Shown in pieces: positions 1 through 8,804 of a stretch of 64,000 nucleotides of DNA (positions are counted from its first letter, which is position 1; every line of letters begins with the position of its first letter). The stretch spans positions 736,001 through 800,000 of the forward strand of contig OZ243037.1 in NCBI GenBank assembly GCA_965212015.1, read 5' to 3'. The notes under the pieces are model-generated. The model was not told the DNA's origin. It did not search any database and saw only the letters and a list, made by a program, of their open reading frames with translations. Made by a program: the position numbers and the translations under genes. The stretch is from Cenarchaeum sp. (lineage in GTDB: Archaea; Thermoproteota; Nitrososphaeria; Nitrososphaerales; Nitrosopumilaceae).

Positions 1-1
1 T

Positions 2-331
2 GCACGCACCGAGTCGCTGGCCCTCTACGATCACAAGGCGGTGCTAATTGACGCAAAAAAGCAGCTAATCTCGCTTCCGATATATGATTCGTATCCCGAT
101 CTGCACAAGATACAAGGCGAGCTGTCCGGGCAGTGGGCGGGGTTTCACGTGTACGGGATAGGCGACGGCGGCTTTGAGGATCTCGGCACGGTAAGGCACG
201 GCGATGACTATCCCTCAAGGGCGCGATCGCTGTACATTCACGAGGCGCTGTACACAATCATGGATGACACCCTCAAGATAAACGATCTCGGCGACATTGA
301 CAGGCAGATCAAGACGATAGTCTTTGGCTGA
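2..331 (+). CDS. C-terminal part of a secreted beta-propeller domain protein (5' end outside window)
   Basis: Frame is open from base 2: ...TESLALYDHKAVLID...RSLYIHEALYTI, resembling the C-terminus of the secreted beta-propeller family. Confidence 0.7.
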   Translation, partial: ARTESLALYDHKAVLIDAKKQLISLPIYDSYPDLHKIQGELSGQWAGFHVYGIGDGGFEDLGTVRHGDDYPSRARSLYIHEALYTIMDDTLKINDLGDIDRQIKTIVFG

Positions 332-332
332 C

Positions 333-956
333 TCAGAGATCGTGGATTGCCTCGCCGTATTTTTTCTCAATGCTAGAGCTGGAAATCTCGGGATCCAGTG
401 CGTGCAGTCTTTGTATGTCCGCATCCAGGCTTATCCTTTTGCAGCCCTCGGTGATGAATTTTTCCTGGTGTGCCTGATCGTATCCGAGTGCGATAATGTC
501 CGGCCTCACCCTGTTGACTGTCTCAAAAATGTCCGCATCGCTTCCAATCATGCACGCATCCACCACGGAGAGCGAGCCTACCAGGTTCCTTCTCTGGTTC
601 TGGTGGTGGATTGGGGATCTCTTTTTCATGCTTTTTGCAGTCCTGTCTGTGGCCACCACCACCACTAGCACGTCTGCGAGCTTTTTTGCAGAATCCAGCG
701 TATGGATGTGTCCGGGATGGATTATGTCAAACACCCCGCCTGCCAAGACCACCGTAAATGACGCACGGCCGAGCTTTGTCAGGCTGCGGTCCTCGTTGAG
801 CATGCCTTTTTTTATCAGCGCGTCGATTCCCGAGGCGATTGCCGCATCTGACATGTTGCGCCCCTGCATCCTTTTTACGGGATCCGAGCAGTCCAGTGAT
901 GACGCAAACAGTACAGTCAGAATCAGCCCGTCCGTATTCATTGCCGTTTTTTGCAA
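333..956 (-). CDS. ribL: FAD synthase / cytidyltransferase family nucleotidyltransferase
   Basis: VVLAGGVFDIIHPGHIH (HxGH) and PDIIALGYDQ motifs. Confidence 0.85.
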   Translation of the reverse strand: MQKTAMNTDGLILTVLFASSLDCSDPVKRMQGRNMSDAAIASGIDALIKKGMLNEDRSLTKLGRASFTVVLAGGVFDIIHPGHIHTLDSAKKLADVLVVVVATDRTAKSMKKRSPIHHQNQRRNLVGSLSVVDACMIGSDADIFETVNRVRPDIIALGYDQAHQEKFITEGCKRISLDADIQRLHALDPEISSSSIEKKYGEAIHDL

Positions 957-978
957 TCCGCCCTCCTTTAATTCATCG

Positions 979-2013
979 CTATTCCCTGGAAAGCCCCTTG
1001 GCCATCCTGAGGGCGTCGACTAGCCCGTCGGCATAGCCTATGCTCAGTACGGCCACCTCGTCTTTTCCCTGCGCAAGAAAGTCTTTTGCATCCCTGACGT
1101 AAAGCTCGGCATTTTCTATAATCTCGCGGTATTCCGGGGAATTCACATAGTGCGGGGCAATCTCCCTTATGGCGTCCTCGATCATGGGGGCGTATTTTTC
1201 AATCATCTGTCGCGCGATTTTTTTCGTCCTTTGTGAATTGTCAGACGGCTCGTCCAGGCAGTCCCCCAGCACCTTTAGCGCGCCTGATTCTGTAAAATGC
1301 ATGCTGCCCGGGATGATTACCGTGTGCGGGGGAGGCCCGAAATCCCGCCCCGTCAGGGTGGAGATTCTTCCCGCGGTGATTGACTGTGATTTGAGTCCTA
1401 TCCGGGAGGCGATTATCGCAAAAGCCGAGGGGCCGAGGATTTTTCTTTGCTGTTCTTTTTCTGTCCGGACCAAAAGATCGAGGGCGTCCTTGGGATCCAA
1501 AAAAAACCCCCCGTCCTGATCGTATTCCAAAAGCAGGATGGTATGGTTGCCCTCCAGCAGGTTTTTGTAGACTATGCCGTACGGCGTGGACGTTGTCTTT
1601 GCATCGCTCATTATTGTCGCCATTCTTCCAATCTTGTAGTGGTGCAGCCCGCATTCGCCTATCATCGACGTAATGGCCGACGCGGCGTGGATGCTGCAGG
1701 TTTTTATGCCGTCTAGTATCGCGCGCCTTCTTAATTCGACATGGGTGGTGGCGATATACGGATCCCCGTACGACATTAGGACGACGTTTTTGTCCCTTGC
1801 GTTTCCCAGAATCTCGGTGCCGTCCTCCACCATCCATCTTTTTGCGGTCCGGAACTCTCCCCCCGTGATGCTTGACATCCTTGCAATATCAGACTGTGTT
1901 ATCGGGCTTGTAAACTCTTCAAGGTACACCACGTCTGCCTTTTTGAGAATTTCCCGGGATTTTTCGGATATGGAATCCGCACCAGAGATTCCCATGCCTA
2001 CAAACCAGAGCAT
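979..2013 (-). CDS. dph5: Diphthine synthase with C-terminal DUF357-like domain
   Basis: MLWFVGMG, YLEEFTS, GDPYIATTH, HTILLL, FGPPPHTVIIPG; C-terminal YVRDAKDFL...GYADGLVDALR. Confidence 0.92.
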   Translation of the reverse strand: MLWFVGMGISGADSISEKSREILKKADVVYLEEFTSPITQSDIARMSSITGGEFRTAKRWMVEDGTEILGNARDKNVVLMSYGDPYIATTHVELRRRAILDGIKTCSIHAASAITSMIGECGLHHYKIGRMATIMSDAKTTSTPYGIVYKNLLEGNHTILLLEYDQDGGFFLDPKDALDLLVRTEKEQQRKILGPSAFAIIASRIGLKSQSITAGRISTLTGRDFGPPPHTVIIPGSMHFTESGALKVLGDCLDEPSDNSQRTKKIARQMIEKYAPMIEDAIREIAPHYVNSPEYREIIENAELYVRDAKDFLAQGKDEVAVLSIGYADGLVDALRMAKGLSRE

Positions 2014-2058
2014 TACATTTTACGAGCCCGGACGCCATATTTGCGTTGGCAAGCCGGT

Positions 2059-2121
2059 CCTAGTATGAAAAAGTCTTCCAAAATCGACCCAGATTGACGC
2101 CTAGGCTCTGCCGGCAATGTC
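2059..2121. repeat. Dispersed repeat 'box A', copy 1 (63 bp)
   Basis: CCTAGTATGAAAAAGTCTTCCAAAAtCGACCCAGATTGACGCCTAGGCTCTGCCGGCAATGTC; one mismatch to 10702-10764; both ends also recur around the 48-bp array. Confidence 0.9.
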
Positions 2122-2160
2122 AGTGATATTGTTATATGGAACCGGCTTGCTGTATATGGT

Positions 2161-2271
2161 ATGCAAGACTTACCAAAAGGCTGGATGGCAAAAGTGTTCA
2201 AAGAGGCTGCCGAGGCAGTGAAAAAAATACCAAAAGAAGAGCGCGAATTCTATGAGCAGCATTCTAGCTAG
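2161..2271 (+). CDS. Possible 36-aa peptide (MQDLPKGWMAKVFKEAAEAVKKIPKEEREFYEQHSS)
   Basis: Manual translation; ATG to TAG, protein-like composition, lies between two repeat boxes. Confidence 0.3.
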   Translation: MQDLPKGWMAKVFKEAAEAVKKIPKEEREFYEQHSS

Positions 2272-2394
2272 AATACAGGCAGATTTATGAATTCTGGCTG
2301 GATCGAGTTAAAGGTATCCAATAGTTCTGTTTCACAGGTCGCTTTGTCGTGTCCGAGTGAGGCCCAAAATTGGCAGATATGATGGGATCTCAAG

Positions 2395-2640
2395 AGGTTG
2401 GCAAATTAGGGAATTATGGGTAGGCGTAGTATAGTCTGTAAACCCGGAATTGGAACCAAAAGTTGGCAAAGTTCACAGAGTTGACAAAGTTGGTAAATTC
2501 AGAAAAAACGCCTAGGTAGGGGTCTGGGCGTAAAGTAGACAGAGTTGGCAAATGGCGGATGCCCGTGGGCAGGTGTAGTATAGTCTGTAAAGCTCCGAAC
2601 CGGAGCCAAAAGTTGGCAAATCAGGAGAGGTTGCAGGACC
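2395..2640. repeat. Degenerate copies of the 'box B' repeat (AAAGTTG[G/A]CAAA motifs plus the GGGCAGGTGT...GTCTGTAAA...GGAGCCAAAAG unit)
   Basis: Visibly similar to the 112-bp units at 10017-10600 and to 8460-8570. Confidence 0.8.
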
Positions 2641-2675
2641 ATATGGTCATATGATCCAGCGCCGTCTCATAGTTC

Positions 2676-2963
2676 TCATTCTGAAGAAGTCCGTGTTGGA
2701 CGATATAATTTTACTTTTGAATAAATTTTAAACACAATCACAGATAAAATGATGGAATTGATGATAAATAATAAGAGATCAACAAAAGTGTTTGTTGGAT
2801 AGTTTTGATAATAGGGCACAAGAGCACCGTACCCATATAAAGATATATCTTTGTATATTACCTGTCCCAGAAATATTGTTGTTGCACCAATGATGATAAT
2901 TCCACAAAAACCAAAAATAAGTCTAAAAAAACGTGGTTGCATTTCACCATCGGCCATAAACAA
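2676..2963 (-). CDS. Small two-TM membrane protein
   Basis: Two hydrophobic segments; overlaps the stop of the upstream ORF; AT-rich. Confidence 0.6.
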   Translation of the reverse strand: MFMADGEMQPRFFRLIFGFCGIIIIGATTIFLGQVIYKDISLYGYGALVPYYQNYPTNTFVDLLLFIINSIILSVIVFKIYSKVKLYRPTRTSSE

Positions 2964-3702
2964 AATCTACGCTAACAGCATACCAAGTTGTACCACCGTG
3001 TCCGTTAATAAATGCATGAAAACCTCTTCTATCCGCATGACCATCTAAACGGTAATGATCTGTTCCATATTGGACATCACCATGCATAAATTCATGTGGT
3101 ACAAAACACCAATGTAGATAGTATGGACTGCCTTCCCAATTCACATCTATGACATTTGGTTTTACTGTGGCACTAAAAACACCTTGATTAAAAGTGGCAC
3201 ATGCCGAATAGTTGTCATGTAATCTTAAAGTATTGGGAGTTCCAATCTCACGATCATACAGATTAATACTGGCACCAAAGGGGTTTGAACGACCACCACC
3301 ATCACCAGTTGCACCCCGAGACACATCCGTAAAAGTCTCCCGTATTCCAAGATTATGATTAATCAGTTTGTATGTTCCATCATCATTAGTAACAATTCTA
3401 AAGGTTTCAGTCATTAATTTCTTTCCATCTATCTTGGTTGTGGTCTTTACAACGTATCTATCATTTGTTACCTGTTTGGTTTTAGTAATCAGTGTTACAG
3501 TTTCGCCATCAATTATTTTCTCTTGAGTATTTTTGCCTGGTTGAGAAATGAGGTTTTCTATATATTGCACTACAACAGGATCATAGATTGCATTTGTTTG
3601 TTCTTCAGCTAATGTACTGTTTATACTAAACGGCACAATTATCGCAGTAATCAGTCCCGCAAATAATAATATTTGAATTGTTTTTTGATTTTCGTTTTTC
3701 AT
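2944..3702 (-). CDS. Secreted hypothetical protein
   Basis: Signal-peptide-like N-terminus (MKNENQKTIQILLFAGLITAIIVPF); 252 aa; Gly-rich linker GATGDGGGRS. Confidence 0.75.
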   Translation of the reverse strand: MKNENQKTIQILLFAGLITAIIVPFSINSTLAEEQTNAIYDPVVVQYIENLISQPGKNTQEKIIDGETVTLITKTKQVTNDRYVVKTTTKIDGKKLMTETFRIVTNDDGTYKLINHNLGIRETFTDVSRGATGDGGGRSNPFGASINLYDREIGTPNTLRLHDNYSACATFNQGVFSATVKPNVIDVNWEGSPYYLHWCFVPHEFMHGDVQYGTDHYRLDGHADRRGFHAFINGHGGTTWYAVSVDFVYGRW

Positions 3703-3758
3703 GGTTCAATTATGAGCATATCAGTACTATTATATAAGCAGTTATATCCAAATATGGA

Positions 3759-4139
3759 GTGCCTCTATCAAACAATTATGTTGTAAATGGGAAAATCACG
3801 CCCAAATTCCGGAAACCCCAATCTATTCAGAATGCTCTAGTAGTTGATGGTTATCATGAAATCGCTCATCCTTGGACCGACTTACGTAATGTTGGATTTG
3901 ATTATGGGGAGAAAAATCTAACTGGTATGGGTGGATGTAACGAAGGTGAATTTAGAGATCAAAATTTCATTTATCCGCCTAATAAGCCCCATCAAGGCAG
4001 TATAGGATGGCACATACTACAGCAATTAAATGAACCAAATCCAGAATTACAAGAATATGATCTACCTATTTTTTGGTGGGGTGTATACACTACTTTCTGG
4101 CACTGGCAATTAATTCACTCCTTTTTTTATTTATCATGA
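3759..4139 (+). CDS. Hypothetical protein (possibly a C-terminal fragment)
   Basis: 126-aa ORF with GTG start in an AT-rich block; stop overlaps the next ATG (ATGA). Confidence 0.5.
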   Translation: MPLSNNYVVNGKITPKFRKPQSIQNALVVDGYHEIAHPWTDLRNVGFDYGEKNLTGMGGCNEGEFRDQNFIYPPNKPHQGSIGWHILQQLNEPNPELQEYDLPIFWWGVYTTFWHWQLIHSFFYLS

Positions 4140-4438
4140 AATTAAGATCTTATATAATTATAATAATTTTGATCATTACAGCAATATATATTCTGTCATA
4201 TCATCAAACTGTTTTAAATAATTCTCAGGGATTATATGAGACGTCGGTATTTCATGACTATGGATATGATATACAGTGTGATACACATTTTTTACAAAAA
4301 CCTACAAATTGCAAAATTGTCGATGAATCAGGTATTATAGTCCCAAATGAAAAATTACTTGAAACAGATCATCACTGTCTGTTCGAAAATGAAGAAGGTT
4401 ATTTAGTGCCATGCAGGATAGATAGTGGATTTCCCTGA
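4136..4438 (+). CDS. Small membrane-anchored protein with four Cys
   Basis: MKLRSYIIIIILIITAIYIL anchor; start coupled to the upstream stop. Confidence 0.6.
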   Translation: MKLRSYIIIIILIITAIYILSYHQTVLNNSQGLYETSVFHDYGYDIQCDTHFLQKPTNCKIVDESGIIVPNEKLLETDHHCLFENEEGYLVPCRIDSGFP

Positions 4439-4552
4439 ATATCCAGACAACAAATCGACTGCTGTTATCTAGACCGTATACGTAATTAACAAACTTCTCA
4501 ATTATTCTAGATCAACATCATTTAGATCACCCATGATCGCCGAACACGCCTG

Positions 4553-4843
4553 ATGTCAAGTTCACAGGAGCAATTGATACGCAATCTGCAACAAAAATGT
4601 GAAAAATTCCAGTTCGAGAGCGCAAAATACCAACAAGAGAACAAAATACTGCGCGATATGTGGCATATGGCCGAGAACAAAAGCCTTGGAGGATCCTGTA
4701 CGACAGGCGGAGGGGCGCCCGTAAAGGGGATACGCGGGCAAGGCCTGATTTTTAAGGCATACATGATACGGGCTTTAATCATGCCGGGCGGGCTTGGGGG
4801 CCATGATTATGGCGGCAGGCGCATTCCGGCCTTTTTGGTTTAG
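4553..4843 (+). CDS. Hypothetical protein, N-terminal coiled coil (C-terminus doubtful)
   Basis: Heptad-like QEQLIRNLQQKCEKFQFESAKYQQENKILRD. Confidence 0.35.
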   Translation: MSSSQEQLIRNLQQKCEKFQFESAKYQQENKILRDMWHMAENKSLGGSCTTGGGAPVKGIRGQGLIFKAYMIRALIMPGGLGGHDYGGRRIPAFLV

Positions 4844-4889
4844 AAATTTAAACACCTGCAACTATGAACCCAAACGATCAGTCCGGTTC

Positions 4890-5366
4890 ATGATGGGATA
4901 CCCAGAGTTTGTGGGCATAATGGAGGAAAACCCGTACTATCCGGTCTTAATAAAGGACTATCCGAAACTGTTTGATTTTGAACCGACCGCGGCGGGTCTT
5001 ACCTATTTCCAAAGGCTGAGGAAGGAATGGTCAGAGGGCGATCTTTCCGACAGGGAGTGCCTTTACCTTGGAATGCTGCACTTGGCGTACGCCACCTCGA
5101 TGAAAAGCGCAAGGGAGTGCAAGGAATGGCAGGCATACATGTTTTTGCTCGGGGTGCGGCCGGATCTTGAAGGCCAGGGCATCAAAACGACGCTAAAACA
5201 GATGGGATGCATCAGGGACAATCCCGCATATGATCCAAAGTTATACAAGCGCCACATATTGTGGAAAGCCGGGGTTTTTGCCGCGGCAAACAAGGTACAG
5301 TCCCAAGATTCAAAGATGCCGCAGAACAAGCCGGCACCGAACCGCCCGTATGGCCGGCAAGTCTGA
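4890..5366 (+). CDS. Hypothetical protein
   Basis: Protein-like ORF from MMGYPEFV. Confidence 0.55.
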   Translation: MMGYPEFVGIMEENPYYPVLIKDYPKLFDFEPTAAGLTYFQRLRKEWSEGDLSDRECLYLGMLHLAYATSMKSARECKEWQAYMFLLGVRPDLEGQGIKTTLKQMGCIRDNPAYDPKLYKRHILWKAGVFAAANKVQSQDSKMPQNKPAPNRPYGRQV

Positions 5367-5447
5367 AACCGATCCATGCCGCGCGCATATGCCGCACGGA
5401 CTTGGACTTTCAAATGCATTATATGGCATGTGATTCAAGACCAACGC

Positions 5448-5756
5448 ATGACCTGTGAGAAGCTAAAGTGTTCCGGAGGCCATGCCATGGTGGAGATCAC
5501 GCCGGAGGAGAAGAAAAAGGCGGATCTCGGCGTCGGGGTGCTGTTTCTGGCAAAGCTGGACAAGATCGACCCGTCCAAGTTTGCAAGCTATTACTGCAAG
5601 GCATGCGAAAAAGAGTTTGAGGGGCCGCCCGAATACCGGTTCGAGACCATGGATGAAAAGGTGGCAGATGGGATTGTTCTCAGGGAACGCGGCCAGTACG
5701 TGTGCAAAAAATGCGACGGCATACTGGGCGAATACAGGCAGTTCGAGCAAAAATAA
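5448..5756 (+). CDS. Conserved Zn-binding hypothetical protein
   Basis: YYCKACEKEF...GQYVCKKC; two CxxC pairs. Confidence 0.75.
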   Translation: MTCEKLKCSGGHAMVEITPEEKKKADLGVGVLFLAKLDKIDPSKFASYYCKACEKEFEGPPEYRFETMDEKVADGIVLRERGQYVCKKCDGILGEYRQFEQK

Positions 5757-5914
5757 GGATTTTGCACGGGGGATCCGGGCCGGCGGAATTTCAGGCACGC
5801 TGTCAGACCGCCGCGACTAGGCGTGAATTTCGCATCATGTGCGTAGGCGGGACGGGGCCCCGTACAATTTCAGGCCATAAAATATTATATCCTACGGATG
5901 CGTGGGTTATTTGC

Positions 5915-6292
5915 ATGTATTCCGGCAAGCTGGTTCGCGATGTAATGAACAAGGCGCTAATCTCCGTGGATCCCAGCACTACTGTCTTTCAGGTGGCAAA
6001 AATGATGGAGCAGGGAATCGGCGCCATACTGATAAAAAAAGACGGGATACCCGCCGGGATTGTCACGGACCGGGATTATGCGATAAAAATCGCGGTAAAC
6101 AACATTGCAATGGATACGCCCATTGAACAGGTGGCCTCGTTTCCATTAATCACGATAGGCGGCGGCGAGACGCTAAGGAATGCGGCAGTACAAATGTCGG
6201 AGAAAAAGATCCGAAAGCTGGCCGTGACGGAGAACGGCAGCATTGTGGGAATAATAACGTCGACTGATCTTGTGACCCAGATGGCGGCATAG
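5915..6292 (+). CDS. CBS-domain pair protein
   Basis: VRDVM...GIVTDRD...KIRKLAV...GIITSTDL. Confidence 0.9.
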   Translation: MYSGKLVRDVMNKALISVDPSTTVFQVAKMMEQGIGAILIKKDGIPAGIVTDRDYAIKIAVNNIAMDTPIEQVASFPLITIGGGETLRNAAVQMSEKKIRKLAVTENGSIVGIITSTDLVTQMAA

Positions 6293-6372
6293 CGCATCCA
6301 AAGGCCCCGTATATTGTGGAGACTGCATTTTGGCAAAGGTGTAAATTGGAACATGCCCCTGCCTGAATAGGG

Positions 6373-6789
6373 TTGAGCTACAAGCTACTGGATCATGCGA
6401 CCGATGCCGTAATCGAGGTCACGGCCAAGGATCTTGACGAGGCGTTCACGGTTGCAGGCCAGGCAGCGGCGGATATCATGCTGGATACGAAATCCGTCGC
6501 AGAGAAGCAAGAGTGGAACATTGCCGTCGCGGGCGAGGATCTGAGCCGTCTTTTGTATGACTGGCTAGAGTCGGTAATATACCAGATTATCACCGACGGG
6601 TTTGCAATAGCCAGAATCGAGGCAAGGGTGGTAAGGGACGCAGGATACGCGATTGAAGCTACGACTTTTGGCGAGCCGATCGACGTAAAGAGGCACGGAT
6701 TCAAGGTGGAGATAAAGGCGCCCACGTTCCACGAGATGGAGATCATACAGGAGGAAAATGTTAAAATGAAGTTTTTGCTGGACTTGTAG
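6373..6789 (+). CDS. Archease
   Basis: YKLLDHATD...VEIKAPTFH...FLLDL. Confidence 0.92.
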   Translation: MSYKLLDHATDAVIEVTAKDLDEAFTVAGQAAADIMLDTKSVAEKQEWNIAVAGEDLSRLLYDWLESVIYQIITDGFAIARIEARVVRDAGYAIEATTFGEPIDVKRHGFKVEIKAPTFHEMEIIQEENVKMKFLLDL

Positions 6790-6793
6790 TGGA

Positions 6794-7183
6794 ATGGAAG
6801 ACGAGGAGATAGAGCGCATAAAGAGAAAAAAGCTGCAAGAGATGATCGACTCCCAAAGGGAGGGGGTGCTGGATCTTGACACGGCAAGCTTTGATGCGGC
6901 AGTCTCGAAAAACTGCCTGACTTTGGTGGATTTTTGGGCGGAATGGTGCGGCCCGTGCAGGATGATGCATCCCGTCTTTGAGAGGATGGCCAAAAAGTAC
7001 CCGCAAATAAAATTTGCGCGGGTAAACGTCGATCAGGTGCAGCCGGTCGCGCAGAGGTATCAGGTGCAGTCAATTCCCACGTTTCTCCTGTTCAAGGAGG
7101 GCCGGATTGTCCAAGCTTTCACTCAATGTCAAAAGAGCTCGTTCATATGCGGAGAGGATGTTTGGGGCAATTATACTGGATAA
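6794..7183 (+). CDS. trxA: Thioredoxin; native C-terminal helix apparently replaced near 7112
   Basis: VDFWAEWCGPC and VQSIPT; after EGRIVQ the sequence runs into the AAA ATPase relic. Confidence 0.85.
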   Translation: MEDEEIERIKRKKLQEMIDSQREGVLDLDTASFDAAVSKNCLTLVDFWAEWCGPCRMMHPVFERMAKKYPQIKFARVNVDQVQPVAQRYQVQSIPTFLLFKEGRIVQAFTQCQKSSFICGEDVWGNYTG

Positions 7184-7661
7184 TTTGACAAAGAAGGAAG
7201 CATCACTGGCCATATCCAAACCGTTAAAGGATTCATCGTATAATTTTTCCAAAGATCTAATTAGTGCGATTGTTATGGATACCGGACAGTATCCATATTT
7301 TATCCAGTTTTATTGCCAGGAAATCATTTGCAATGTTCTCAAACAGAATATCGATATTGACGACTATAATTCTGTAAAGCCGATTATTATCAAGAACCTT
7401 CAAACAGCCTTTTTTGATCCACGCATTGACAATCTTACCGATCTAGAAAAAAAACTTTTGATCTCGATGGCCAAAATAAATAAAAAAGATCTTCAGTTCA
7501 GGACCATTCTCACAAAATCTCGAATCAAAAAAACATCCCTAAATAAATATCTCGATAGCTTGGAAAAGAAAGGCCTGGTGTATAATCACAAACGTGGCGT
7601 ATATCGATTCTCGCTGCCCATGTTGCAAGACTACATAGTCCAGAAATACATCCAGTCCTAG
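7113..7661 (+). pseudogene. 5'-truncated AAA ATPase + wHTH relic, paralogous to 8805-10001
   Basis: KRARSYAERMF...DTGQYPYFIQFY...GVYRFSLP aligns with the C-terminal half of the intact copy; Walker A/B absent. Confidence 0.85.
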
Positions 7662-8428
7662 TATGAAAAAGTCTTCCAAAATAGAAGACAACCGGGTTCG
7701 TGCCTAGAGTATGAAAAAGTCTTCCAAAATAGAAGACAACCGGGTTCGTGCCTAGAGTATGAAAAAGTCTTCCAAAATAGAAGACAACCGGGTTCGTGCC
7801 TAGAGTATGAAAAAGTCTTCCAAAATAGAAGACAACCGGGTTCGTGCCTAGAGTATGAAAAAGTCTTCCAAAATAGAAGACAACCGGGTTCGTGCCTAGA
7901 GTATGAAAAAGTCTTCCAAAATAGAAGACAACCGGGTTCGTGCCTAGAGTATGAAAAAGTCTTCCAAAATAGAAGACAACCGGGTTCGTGCCTAGAGTAT
8001 GAAAAAGTCTTCCAAAATAGAAGACAACCGGGTTCGTGCCTAGAGTATGAAAAAGTCTTCCAAAATAGAAGACAACCGGGTTCGTGCCTAGAGTATGAAA
8101 AAGTCTTCCAAAATAGAAGACAACCGGGTTCGTGCCTAGAGTATGAAAAAGTCTTCCAAAATAGAAGACAACCGGGTTCGTGCCTAGAGTATGAAAAAGT
8201 CTTCCAAAATAGAAGACAACCGGGTTCGTGCCTAGAGTATGAAAAAGTCTTCCAAAATAGAAGACAACCGGGTTCGTGCCTAGAGTATGAAAAAGTCTTC
8301 CAAAATAGAAGACAACCGGGTTCGTGCCTAGAGTATGAAAAAGTCTTCCAAAATAGAAGACAACCGGGTTCGTGCCTAGAGTATGAAAAAGTCTTCCAAA
8401 ATAGAAGACAACCGGGTTCGTGCCTAGA
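7661..8428. repeat. Perfect tandem array, 16 x 48 bp
   Basis: Unit GTATGAAAAAGTCTTCCAAAATAGAAGACAACCGGGTTCGTGCCTAGA; 768 bp = 16 units; internal GTCTTC/GAAGAC inverted pair; no spacers. Confidence 0.95.
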
Positions 8429-8570
8429 TTGACGCCTAGGCTCTGCCGGTAACGCCAAAAACCCCGAATTGGAGCCAAAAGTTGGCAAAGTTGGCAAATT
8501 AGGGAATGGTGGTGGGCAGGTGCGGGCCCGTCTGTAAAGCCCCGAATCAAAGCCAAAAGTTGACAAATTA
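8429..8570. repeat. 3' half of box A followed by a degenerate box B
   Basis: TTGACGCCTAGGCTCTGCCGG, then CCCGAATTGGAGCCAAAAGTTGGCAAAGTTGGCAAA...GTGGGCAGGTG...GTCTGTAAAGC. Confidence 0.85.
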
Positions 8571-8574
8571 AAAG

Positions 8575-8592
8575 AGAGCGCCCTCGGCGGGA
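8575..8592. repeat. Distal att site (duplicated tRNA-Asp 3' end)
   Basis: Identical to 28255-28272. Confidence 0.92.
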
Positions 8593-8804
8593 GTCTGCAG
8601 CTCAAAGTCAACGCCCTGCATCAGACTACCAGAAAAACCGTCCAAATATCGTAATTTTTGCATGATTATACACGGAATACGTGTCTCATAAGGCTTTCCT
8701 TCTTTTTGCAGCTGTAGATCGCAAATTATTTGAGCAGATCTTGACTTTTTGTCAATATACAGATGACAAACACATTAAAACAGATCCTAGGTTATTATAT
8801 AATA

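Noticed and set aside
7661-8428. CRISPR array
   Set aside because: All 48-bp units are identical, there are no variable spacers, and the window has no cas genes
7525-8611. 343-aa and 317-aa repeat-protein ORFs on the minus strand
   Set aside because: By-products of a 48-bp unit (a multiple of 3) lacking stops in two frames; no synonymous variation between units
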